A stretch of DNA of 64,000 nucleotides from Octopus sinensis. Its lineage: Eukaryota. The position numbers and the translations under genes were made by a program. The DNA lies in the NCBI RefSeq assembly GCF_006345805.1, contig NC_043004.1, positions 66,588,001-66,652,000 of the forward strand, read 5' to 3'. Shown here one piece after another: positions 31,790 through 43,623 of this stretch. Positions within the stretch are counted from its first letter, which is position 1. Every line of letters begins with the position of its first letter. The notes under the pieces were generated by a model. The model worked only from the letters and a program-made list of their open reading frames with translations, was not told the DNA's origin and ran no database searches.

Positions 31790-32088
31790 TTGACCGACCA
31801 GGCTATCAGATGCTGCTAAAAATCACTGGTAACAATGCGCTTCGCATTCTTTTTAGCCCTCAAATGACGCTTACCCGCTGGCTAAGCGAGCAGGCCAACA
31901 GAAGAAAGAGTGAGAGAAAGTTGTGGCGAAAGAGTACAGCAGGAATCGCCACCATCCCCTACCGGAGACTCGTGGAGCTTTAGATGTTTTCGCTTAATAA
32001 ACACTCACAACGCCCGGTCTGGGAATCGAAACCGCGATCCTACAATCGCGAGTCCACTGCCCTAACCACTGGGCCATTGTACCTCCAC
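31790..32088 (-). mobile_element. tRNA-derived SINE family C
   Basis: Colinear with 5908-6192. Confidence 0.85.
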
Positions 32089-32124
32089 ATGTATGTATAT
32101 ATATATATATATATAGATATATAA

Positions 32125-32167
<43 letters not shown>

Positions 32168-32182
32168 TATATATTATATATC

Positions 32183-32213
<31 letters not shown>

Positions 32214-32216
32214 TAC

Positions 32217-32247
<31 letters not shown>

Positions 32248-32335
32248 AGATATAGATAGAAGATAGATTCGTAGATAATTAGATACATGGAATAGATAGA
32301 TAGATATAGATATAAAGGGTGTGATGGTCAAATTG

Positions 32336-32690
32336 TCACGCATGTGCCTTGTTTCTCTCTGATTTTGTCGACTACAAAGTATAGTAGGGTCTGTGAGGAG
32401 AACAGCACCATCACTCGGCAAGAGATCAATAGATGTCCTTGTAACACCAAAGAGGATCTAAAGGCAATGATTATGGCAGCATTTAGCAACTTAAACAACT
32501 TTGCCAGAAGAGTTACAAGGGAATTGATTTCATCAGGAAGCCATAGTTGAAGTCAATGGCGATTTTACTCAATAAATTTGCTGTTTAAGTATTTCAAGAT
32601 AGTTTTATGTAATTTTGGTAAATATAGCAGTTAAAATGAGATGGCAGTGTTATTTTCATTTTTGTGTAACTTAGACGACTATGTATTCAC
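32336..32690 (+). mobile_element. Tc1/mariner-superfamily transposon relic (transposase C-terminal fragment)
   Basis: Translation EINRCPCNTKEDLKAMIMAAFSNLN resembles the post-catalytic C-terminal helices of IS630-Tc1-mariner transposases. Degenerate terminal sequence GGGTGTGATGGTCAAATTGTC. Confidence 0.6.
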
Positions 32691-32739
32691 TGCAACTTGT
32701 ATATGTACATATATATAATCAAAGCAAATAACAAAGAAA

Positions 32740-33130
32740 AAAGAAGACGAACTTGCGGACGAGCGCAAGACATTTATTAGCTTGACTCTCGGTGGTAGGA
32801 GAGAGATTGAGGTTCCACGCAAAGTTCTTCGTCAGAAAGGAGAAGAGGAGAAGCCCAATGATAGAAAAGAAACCGCAAACGGTACACGTGTAGTAACATT
32901 GCCACTACAAGTGCCGTTGAGGATTTCTTCTCCATCTTTGGACATTTCCCTTTCTCCTTTCTGAAGACAAGCTATTCTCGAAACATTAAACACTGTCGTT
33001 TCACCGAACGTCATACTAAGAACTTCTTGTGTAGGTCCTCATGTTCGTTTTTTTCATCATTATTTGAATTACTTGTTTCTTTGACGCACAGACTGACCTC
33101 TTCCGACTCTTTTCGAGTAACTGATGCATG
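32740..33130 (+). mobile_element. Probable Penelope-like fragment with a decayed hammerhead-like core
   Basis: CTGAAGA-CAAGCTATTCTC-GAAAC at ~32961-32984 following a CT-rich stretch. Stems are not intact. Confidence 0.3.
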
Positions 33131-33732
33131 GGTTTCTTACTCTGTCCTTGGATTAGGCTACCTTTTAATTCATTCGGAGTACGTCGTTTCTGTACCTTTC
33201 ATTATATGTATAATTATAGTAGGAAATATGATTCCAAATTTACAGGGAAAAATTCTTACCACACAGCCACTTTTGCGCCTAGTATCATTAATACCTAGAA
33301 CTTTAGAGATACATATTCGAATTGCTATGAAGTTGGCTCTAAACCTTCCGGGTTCACTACGTCAGCAAAACATCGGAAGACCGTGTACACATAACATAGA
33401 TGCATAAATATATATATATGGGGTAGACTAAAGGCGGTGATCCGTCATGGCCCCAGGCAATTGACTGAAACAAATAAACGCTTAAGGGAATCTTCAATAC
33501 TTAACATAAGCAAATGCATGCAGACTTTCTTTCTATGTAATATATTTTCGGGGGGGTAAAATCACCAGTGACATTTAGGTTTGTGGTATCTGCGTAAATT
33601 AGAAATGAATGTTAACTATTAATTAATTATTAATAAGCGATAGAAGCTCTAGATATTACTAGTACATATGAAACATCAATAAATTTACAAAATTTATTAA
33701 AGATTCCTTTAACGTTTTCCTTACATTTAAAG

Positions 33733-33849
<117 letters not shown>

Positions 33850-34497
33850 CATTATTATTATGACCATCACCATCATCATTTTCATCCTCCTCCTCCTCCT
33901 CATCATCATCTCAGTTGTCCCTAAATCTTCTTGATATCGCATATATGTACATAAAATTTCCTTTTAAAATATCTAACTAGCAAATTAGAGGCGGTTTATT
34001 TACCCGTTTTAAAAAAGGTATTGTTTCTTGCATTGAATGTTTCTCATTGTATAGAAAATTAGCCATTAATTTATAAATTCACACATATTTAGTACATGCA
34101 TTGATAATAGCTGTTTGTATAGTTAAAAGATAATATCACTCAAGTCGTTTTAGTTTGCTTTCATTTTTGTATTTCTAAAGTAACTAGACTAAGATTAGCG
34201 ACACTTGAACATATCCGTACAAAAGAACTTTTTGCAGCAGTACTCCAGTAAATGTTAGTTCCGACTTCCTTCTATCTAGAAACAAAAAAAAAAGGATATG
34301 ATAATTACTCCCTGCTAACTTTTGTGACCAGGACATAACAGATTTAAAGCAGACCTATTTTCCATTACATTTCAGACATATTCAGCGCTGAGTTACTAAA
34401 GCAGAAATACAGTAAATATTCTGTTCCATACCACTGATTTGTCCATCAGTCGCTGAACTTAAAATCTCGAGCATACCACTAAGCGGTTGAAAATATG

Positions 34498-34533
<36 letters not shown>

Positions 34534-34576
34534 TATATATTAGAAAGTTGAAGATGATGTACATGTATTTTATATT

Positions 34577-34971
34577 AGAAGAAATGAGGTACGCAGAAAT
34601 TCGGATGTTTTTATATTATATTATACAGATATTTATTTGTCTATTACATGTTTTTATACATCATATAACTTATATCATATATCATATATTAGCGCTTTCG
34701 TCCATTCTGGTGGATTTTTCAAATTAGGTCCATTCTGGTGGATCTTTCAAATGGAACTAAGTTCCTGTAGAAAAAATTTGACCATAACACTATGAAATGG
34801 TCAAACGTCTTCCACAGGAACTTAGTTCCATTTGAAAAATCCACCAGAATGGACGAAAGCGCTAATTTATGATAAATGATATAAGTTAAATGATGTATAA
34901 AAACATGTAATATACAAATAAATATATGTAAATATAAAACCTTCCGAATTTCTGAGTACCTCAATTCTTCT
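34577..34971. repeat. ~395-bp palindromic (fold-back/MITE-like) element adjacent to (TA)n
   Basis: The arms are reverse complements around the loop at 34786-34796. The left arm has an extra ~29-bp duplication (GTCCATTCTGGTGGAT.TTTCAAAT twice). Confidence 0.85.
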
Positions 34972-35022
<51 letters not shown>

Positions 35023-35058
35023 TTGTGAGTGTGTGTCCGTGTGTGTGTGTGTTTGTGT

Positions 35059-35096
<38 letters not shown>

Positions 35097-35673
35097 CAAA
35101 GGCAAAGTTTGAAGGAAATATTAGCCGTATTTCATAACTTTGGATGGTACGCAAATCGGAAATAATACTTGCTTCCGAAGAATGAAATTTTTGTTAGAGT
35201 TATAGACGCTTACTCATTTAGTCATCTAGCGAATTCAGTTTAGAGAATAGGTAGAAAAAATGAATATAAGCAACATTACTTCCTTACTCGAAGCAAAGGA
35301 TGCTATAAATATTGATTTCTAATTTTTGCACAACGCCAGCAAAAAAACCCATACACGTTTACCTGGGCGAGAATCGTTAAGATGTAAATAGTCTTGAACG
35401 CCAGTGCACCGCCGAGCCACATGATCTATAAACGCACTTCATATTCTGCCATTGGATTCAGACACCAATTCGAATTTACTTATCCATTTCAGGAAATTCA
35501 TTCTTACCATCCAGAATTGTATTTTTTGTAACCATAAAAATTTCGGAACCTTACTGTTCCCCAAAATTTTTGTTTCAAGTTCTCGTGAAGTTTCTAAGTT
35601 CTTATGCTGTCTGCAATGCATGTGCATGAATATAATATATATATGTGTGTGTGTATGTATATATACATATATA

Positions 35674-35709
<36 letters not shown>

Positions 35710-35713
<4 letters not shown>

Positions 35714-36120
35714 CTCTTTTTACTCTTTTACTTGTTTCAGTCATTTGATTGCGGCCATGCTAGAGCACCGCCTTTAGTCGGGCAATCAACCCCGGGACTT
35801 ATTCTTGTAAGCCCAGTACTTATTCTATCGGTCTCTTTTGCCGAACCGCTAAGTGACAGGGACGTAAACACACAGCATTGGTTGTCAAGGCAATGCTAGA
35901 CGGACAAACACAGACACACAAACATATACACACACACATTATATATACATATATACGACAGGCTCTTTCAGTTTCTGTCTACCAAATCCACTCACACAAG
36001 GCATTGGTCGGCCCGAGGCTATAGCAGAAGACACTTGCCAAGATACCACGCGGTGGACTGAACCCAGAACGATGTGGTTGGTAGGCAATCTACTTACCAG
36101 ACAGCTACTCCTGCGCCTAT
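35710..36120 (-). mobile_element. Bipartite SINE family A
   Basis: Reverse complement of the 12886-13308 organisation. Confidence 0.85.
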
Positions 36121-36147
36121 ATATATATATATATATATATATTATAT

Positions 36148-36181
<34 letters not shown>

Positions 36182-36606
36182 ATTAATATATATATATAAT
36201 AGATATAGAGAGAGAGAGAGAGAGAGAGATATACATTATATATTATATAACATTATAGAAAATAATATAATATTATATAAAAGTATAATAATATATTAAA
36301 TTATATAATAGTGTATAAAATTAAATAATAAGAGTAGAAATTGATACTAATCAATTAAAACTAGTGGCTTAGCATATTTTAAAATCGGAAGATTAAAAAT
36401 TGTGTTAGACAATTCGTCTTTCTTTGTCTTGCTCAGTCTTACATTTTGGCGTTTTCCTGAGATTTTACTTGAGAACACATTCTTCGTGGTAATGGTGATT
36501 GACGTCTATATTTAGTATATTAGGTGTACAATTTAGTGGTCATTCCTCTTAATTTTGTATATTATCTATATATATTTATCTCTTTACCTCTCTCTCTCTC
36601 TCTCTA

Positions 36607-36645
<39 letters not shown>

Positions 36646-37005
36646 AACTTTTTATGAAGGTTAAGGCTAACATTTGTTTCTTGTTCAAGAATCCCTCAAC
36701 AGTTATAGAGCCTATCGTTGTGATGAGCACGCATTCTTAGTAATCGACATTCCTGTACACTCATTCACACACACATACATTATACATACATACGCACACA
36801 CATGCACACACATACATATATAAATATATATATATGTGCACCAGCAGATATATGCATTCGTTTTTCATGCAAGATGCCATAGAAACATATACTATTAGAG
36901 ACTTGTTTTTAGTGTAGCTTTTCTGTTGTTTTGAAGTACGGTCAATTCTACGAAATTTAAACTGATGCTTCCTAAATTCTATGTCATGAATATTGATGTA
37001 ATACT

Positions 37006-37168
37006 TTCTGAATTATTACAATGTTTTTTTTTTCTGAAAACACCAGCAAACGTTAAGGAGTGATTGCATCAAATATAGCATGGTATTTCTGAATTATTAC
37101 AATGTTTTTTTTTTCTGAAAACACCAGCAAACGTTAAGGAGTGATTGCATCAAATATAAGCATGGTAT
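37006..37168. repeat. ~82-bp direct tandem duplication
   Basis: TTCTGAATTATTACAATG...GCATGGTAT occurs twice, back to back. Confidence 0.9.
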
Positions 37169-37729
37169 TGTTACTATGCAAGATTTCAAATATTATTGTG
37201 TCCAAAAAGAAAATATTATGATGCAATTCGAAGATATTACAATTCAATACTAAACCCAGCGAGAATTGAAAAGTTAGAAATAATAAGATGAACACTAGTG
37301 TTATATTTTTTCAGAAAGTAATATGTATTTTTGAAGATGTCAAAAGTTTTTCTTTTCTAATAAAGTCTGACATTTGATAACGTAAGAAAACATATATATT
37401 GCATCATTAAAAAATGGATTTCTACTAGACACAAAATTTATTAAAATTTTCTTAACTTTTTCCCCTATATATCATCGAAATTCTCGTCGTGTGGATGCAG
37501 ACAGTGAGTAGACGATCATAGTTTCTTATCAGTGAACTATAACAGATTGTGACAACGAGATATACGCTTCATATAAAATCAAATATTCATGAAAATTTAC
37601 GAATGGAAATAAATCATTTCTTGTCGGTGGGAAGAGAGATTTTATGTCTCGAGCCTTTACGTTCACACATATATACACACACGATTTCTTCTCCATTCAT
37701 GAATACATACACATACACACGCATATAAA

Positions 37730-37768
<39 letters not shown>

Positions 37769-37807
37769 TTATATATTATAATATATATATACATATATAC
37801 ATATATC

Positions 37808-37846
<39 letters not shown>

Positions 37847-38358
37847 ATATATAACATACATACATGTTTGTATGTATATATATATATATATATATATATA
37901 CATACATACATACTTACATACGTATATATATTCAATATCTTTTTGGGTGGGATGGCAATAGGAAGAAATAATATAAAGTTGAAGATTGTGTGTAGGTAAG
38001 GAAAATACGCCACACTCATGTATATTAAATGTTTATTAACATATAAATGTACGCTGCTCCATTTGCTAGCCATATTTCATTGTATTTGCAAATTAGACAA
38101 AAATCCAAGACAGCATATTATTCATCACAGAATATTAAATGACCAGAAAAATATCTTTAGACTCTTGATACAGTGTGTCATTTCATAGATAATGGGTTTT
38201 TTGTTTTCAATTGCATGAACTAAAAATTGGAGGGATGCGGGATAAACTACCTGCATCAACTTGCTATAAAAGCAGGTAGTCATTGTACTTTGTCCTTATT
38301 CTTAGTGCAACTTTGAAGAGTGCGGTTCGATTTTAATAGTTATTTTTTGAAAGCTTTA

Positions 38359-38460
38359 ATGGAAGTGACAAAAGTGTATATTCGGCATATTTTCATTCAT
38401 GAGTTCAATAAAGGCAAGAACCCAATTGAGATTGCGAGGAATATTAAGACAGTATATGCA
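38359..38460 (+). pseudogene. Mariner-type transposase N-terminal (HTH) relic
   Basis: MEVTKVYIRHIFIHEFNKGKNPIEIARNIKTVY fits the mariner N-terminal pattern (R...YEF..G.....AR.I..VYG). Confidence 0.7.
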
Positions 38461-39268
38461 TTAATTAATTCAGCCTGGCTGTGTTTGTAGACAGTTGAAA
38501 ATAAATAAATAAATAAATAAACGATAGCATTGTAGTTGCGGGCGGGCCCCCTTAGTCCCTTGGCAACCAATACTTTTAGACCCAGTCCACCACTGATAAT
38601 AGCTGTCTGTTGTGTATATGGAGGCCGTGCTGAACAATTCCTAGCTTGAGTAAAAGAAAAGGCAGGGAAATCAGGTATGATTTTATTCAATACATTCACT
38701 CGATATTTCGGACAGCCAACCAGTCCTTACACTTAAGACCAGGAACTTTTCAGCACCCCTACTACGTTCTCATATACACACACACATATATACATGCTCA
38801 CACACGCATGCATATATATATGCACGTTTACGCACATATACTCATAAACACACACAATTATACAGACACCCACACGCACATGCGCATATGATACATATCT
38901 ATACGCTCATAAAAACACACATGCACAAACACATACACACGTATATATCGATCAATCTTTCAGCTTCCCTGAAATATAGCAATAATCGTATTACTTATAT
39001 TTCTAAATATTCTCTTTATTTTTTTCTTTTGCATTCTTTTCTTCATTTTATATTTACTTTGCACCTCCAATGCTATTCAGTATTATGCAATCTTATTTCC
39101 TGTCTTGTAATAATGCGCTTTTACTTAATCATGCACCACAGTTCGCACACAATACATATGCTGATATATACCGACTTTTTACACACGTTAGTATACAAAA
39201 ATTTCGGATGTATGTATATGTGTGTGTGTATGTATATCAATGCGTACATATGTTTGTGTGTAAACGTG

Positions 39269-39320
<52 letters not shown>

Positions 39321-39917
39321 ACATATACTTCTACATATATATGTATGTACGCATGTATGTACGTCTGTATATATATATATATATAATACTTCTACATATA
39401 CATAAATGTATGCATACATGTAAGTACGTATATACATATATATATATAATATATATATATGTATGTATGTATGTATGTATGCATTCATCTGTTAATACTT
39501 GTATATGACTTTGTGTTTCTTTATGTGTATACTGAGTGTGAGGGGGTACCTTTGTAGGTGTTTCTCTGTACCGATACGCATTCGAATACTTGGAAATGAA
39601 TGTTTTTTTTTGTTGTTTTTCTTCAGTGTAAACTTATTCATACTCATATGTGTATAGGTCCGTATATGTTATTTCGTCAGTCTCGATAAGCTTCGATATT
39701 TTCTGTACGTAAATCGCTGCACTCTCTAAGCAAAATTAGGTTGCACTAGATTGCAGTAATTAGCATTTGGCTATGATTGAATTAACTTAGATTTATTTCC
39801 ACGGCGGAAATCTAACCGAAAATAAGATGGTGACGTAGGTGGTGATGGTTGTGGTGGTGATGGTGTTTTTGGTGATAGAAGAAATACTACGACTACTACT
39901 GCTGCACCTCCTCCTCA

Positions 39918-39992
<75 letters not shown>

Positions 39993-39994
39993 CA

Positions 39995-40043
<49 letters not shown>

Positions 40044-40827
40044 CTTAAAATGTAAAAGGGAAATGGAAGAAAACTAAATTCCTGTGATATATGTATTGGA
40101 ATGTAATCAATAAGAAGGAAAATTATTTTCGATTTCTCTCAGGTTTAAATAGTTAATACCAGTTAGATATAATCAATTTATGTACGTCCTTTCCCTCAAA
40201 CACCTTCCAAGTACATACAGGCTTTCTTTAACACCCTTATTCTCATACTATATTCCCCATTTAATTCAATTTACAATCTTATCTGATTGACGTCTATGAA
40301 TATGGCTTTGAAATTTATTTACATTTTCTTTACAATCAAAAATTTTTTATCGTTTTCTGTCCCTTTTTTTTCAGCAAAAACGTGGCGAATTTCGAAAATA
40401 ACCAAAGAAATATATAATTAATATATAATCACTTACTCTATCTCCAGATATTTACACTTAAAGCTCCCTTCCATTTTATCAATACAATATTACGTTACGG
40501 TAGTCTTTCACCTTCCAGATAATATAATTGATTAATCAATGAAAAATATTGAGTGAGGAGTTACACAATATTAACTATAATAGCACATTGCCAGCAAATA
40601 TTTCAATATTAAGTGTTTCAAGGGGTTAATAAGGGATCGAAGTAACATGGAGAATAAAATTACCGAAATATATGTAAAAGTAAAAATAATAATAATAAAC
40701 GAGGGAAAGTAGTAAATATATGTTATAATTAAATGACAATCGAATTAATTATTTACTAATCGATGTAATAAAATTACATTCAGACGCAATAGTATATATG
40801 TATATAAAAATAGATGCATATATTTAT

Positions 40828-40952
<125 letters not shown>

Positions 40953-41380
40953 AAACCTGATTCCTTCTGCCTTAACAAAGATCTGTATCGATGCTGTAAT
41001 ATATGCACTCAGAGAATATACAGGTTGTCTTTCGCCAATAATCCATGCAACTAATATGCAATAGCATGTTTCATATAATATCTTCATGAGCAAATAAAAG
41101 GTAATCACATGGAGTTGTTTCAATTTTGTGCTTGGCCATTCATCACTAATTGAGAACTTATTTTATCTCTTTAGGGAGATACTGTATGGTAACCATATCT
41201 TTATAAATTCATATATATGATAAGAGAATACAGCTTTGTATCGTAATGCAAAACATGCCTGCGTGCATTTACCACCATCGTAATAATGTATATAAAGACA
41301 GGATACTTTACCTTCGATCACGAAGAGGAATATAGGCTACAATTAATAGATATGTTCTGCTGTACAATATAGAAAAGTTT

Positions 41381-41538
41381 AGGAGTGGCTGTGTGGTACA
41401 ATGCTTGCTTCTCAAGCACATGGTTCTGGATTCAGGCCCACTATGTGGTAACTTGAGCTGGTGTGCTCTCCTATAGCTTCGGGCCGAAGAAAAGCCTTGT
41501 GAGTGGATTTGGTAGACGGAAAGTGAAAGAAGCACGTC

Positions 41539-41540
<2 letters not shown>
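41381..41540 (+). mobile_element. SINE family A 5' half (its 3' half resumes at ~43406)
   Basis: GGAGTGGCTGTGTGG...GAAAGAAGCACGTCGTATATA, then (TA)n. Confidence 0.85.
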
Positions 41541-41596
<56 letters not shown>

Positions 41597-41841
41597 ATAT
41601 ATATATATATACATAATTAATCAATATAGGGTGGCAAAAAAAAATTTTGTAGAATTTTTTTGCCACCAGCGGCCTAGTGGGAAAAAATTAAATAGTCATA
41701 GACCATTTTTAAGTTCAACATCAACAATCAAGGAACGGCCATAATAGGCCATTCACCCACTAGAAATAACAGCCAAGCTTCAACCGCAAATAAAAATCAA
41801 TTCCGTAAACAGGAGAAAATTTAAAAAACATTTACCCTGTA

Positions 41842-41947
41842 ATTTCTTATACGATGCACCGTTTCATCTGCTGTTTAATGGCAAACTAACCTGATTAAAT
41901 TAAATCAAGCCAATCTTCCATAGCCCTCAGATTCTTCAGTAAGAAAT
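41842..41947 (-). ncRNA. Type I hammerhead ribozyme (complete fold)
   Basis: Minus strand ATTTCTTA-CTGAAGA-ATCTG-[loop]-CAGAT-GAA-ACG-GTGCAT-CGT-A-TAAGAAAT: 8-bp stem I, 5-bp stem II, 3-bp stem III, all core nucleotides present, GUA triplet. Confidence 0.8.
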
Positions 41948-42599
41948 AGCCCAAGTCGGAACAGATATTTACACGAGGCATTTCCGACCCTGCCAAGGTA
42001 ATATCTGACCTAAAATTTTCAAATCATCGCACTCGCGTTGAACTTAAAAATGGTCTATGACTATTTAATTTTTTCCCACTAGGCCGCTGGTGGCAAAAAA
42101 ATTCTACAAAATTTTTTTTGCCACCCTATATTGATTAATTATGAATTTTCTGGTTAATTCCGTAATGGAATCGACGGCTTATATTTATTTGCTGCCGATA
42201 AATTTGGCCCTCAGATTATTCATAGGCCCTCAGATTATTCAGTAAGAAATAGCCCAAGTCGGAACAGATATTTACACGAGGCATTTCCGACCCTACCAAG
42301 GTAATATCTGACCTAAAATTTTCAAATCATCGCACTCGCGTTGAACTTAAAAATGGTCTATGACTATTTAATTTTTTCCCACTAGGCCGCTGGTGGCAAA
42401 AAAATTCTACAAAATTTTTTTTGCCACCCTATATTGATTAATTATGAATTTTCTGGTTAATTCCGTAATGGAATCGACGGCTTATATTTATTTGCTGCCG
42501 ATAAATTTGGCGCGAGTGCGATGATTTGAAAATTTTAGGTCAGATATTACCTTGCAGGGTCGGAAATGCCTCGTGTAAATATCTGTTCCGACTTGGACT

Positions 42600-42705
42600 G
42601 TTTCTTACTGAAGAATCTGAGGGCCTATGGAAGATTGGCTTGATTTAATTTAATCAGTTAGTTTGCCATTAAACAGCAGATGAAACGGTGCATCGTATAA
42701 GAAAT
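42600..42705 (+). ncRNA. Type I hammerhead ribozyme (complete fold); predicted cleavage after 42697
   Basis: GTTTCTTA 42600-42607, CTGAAGA 42608-42614, ATCTG 42615-42619 pairing with CAGAT 42677-42681, GAAA 42682-42685, ACG/CGT stem III, A17 at 42697, TAAGAAAT 42698-42705. Confidence 0.8.
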
Positions 42706-43329
42706 TACAGGGTAAATGTTTTTTAATTTTCTCCTGTTTACGGAATTGATTTTTATTTGCGGTTGAAGCTTTGGCTGTTATTTCTAGTGGGTGAATGGCC
42801 TATTATGGCCGTTCCTTGATTGTTGATGTTGAACTTAAAAATGGTCTATGACTATTTAATTTTTTCCCACTAGGCCGCTGGTGGCAAAAAAATTCTACAA
42901 AATTTTTTTTGCCACCCTATATTGATTAATTATGAATTTTCTGGTTAATTCCGAATGGAATCGACGGCTTATATTTATTTGCTGCCGATAAATTTGGCGC
43001 GAGTGCGATGATTTGAAAATTTTAGGTCAGATATTACCTTGGCAGGGTCGGAAATGCCTCGTGTAAATATCTGTTCCGACTTGGGCTATTTCTTACTGAC
43101 GAATCTGAGGGCCTATGGAAGATTGGCTTGATTTAATTTAATCAGGTTAGTTTGCCATTAAATTACAGGGTAAATGTTTTTTAAATTTTCTCTGTTTACG
43201 GAATTGATTTTTATTTGCGGTTGAAGCTTTGGCTGTTATTTCTAGTGGGTGAATGGCCTATTATGGCCGTTCCTTGATTGTTGATATATATATATATACA
43301 GATATATAGATATATAGATAGATAGATCG

Positions 43330-43403
<74 letters not shown>

Positions 43404-43405
43404 TA

Positions 43406-43623
43406 TGCGTGTGTGCGTGCGTATGCTTGTGTGTCTGTGTTTGTTTCAACATAACCACTAGACAACCTGTGTTAGTGTGTTTACATCCCCGTAACTTAGC
43501 GGTTCGCCGAAAGTAACCGATTGGATAACTACCTGGCTTAAAAAATAAGCACTTGGGTAGATTCATTCGACTAAAAATTCAAGGCGGTGCCCCAGCATGG
43601 CCACAGTCTAATGACTGAAACAG
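43406..43623 (+). mobile_element. SINE family A 3' half (split from 41381-41540 by the array)
   Basis: (TG)n spacer, then GTGTGTTTACATCCCCGTAACTTAGCGGTTCG...GACTGAAACAGG. Confidence 0.85.

Larger units (their letters stand above)
41612..43285. mobile_element. Tandem/inverted array of a ~488-bp non-coding hammerhead-containing unit (retrozyme or Penelope-like pLTR candidate)
   Basis: Segments: reverse 41612-42037, forward 42038-42209, reverse 42210-42340, full forward unit 42341-42828, forward unit 42829-43285 with a 31-nt deletion. (TA)n on both sides. Confidence 0.85.

Noticed and set aside
35439-35620. Possible Tc1/mariner C-terminal relic on the minus strand
   Set aside because: Similarity is limited to a vague FW...SNG pattern; too weak to support.
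41612-43285. TIR DNA transposon or MITE interpretation of the array
   Set aside because: The two outer ends correspond to different unit positions and are not reverse complements; the internal organisation is tandem with switch junctions.
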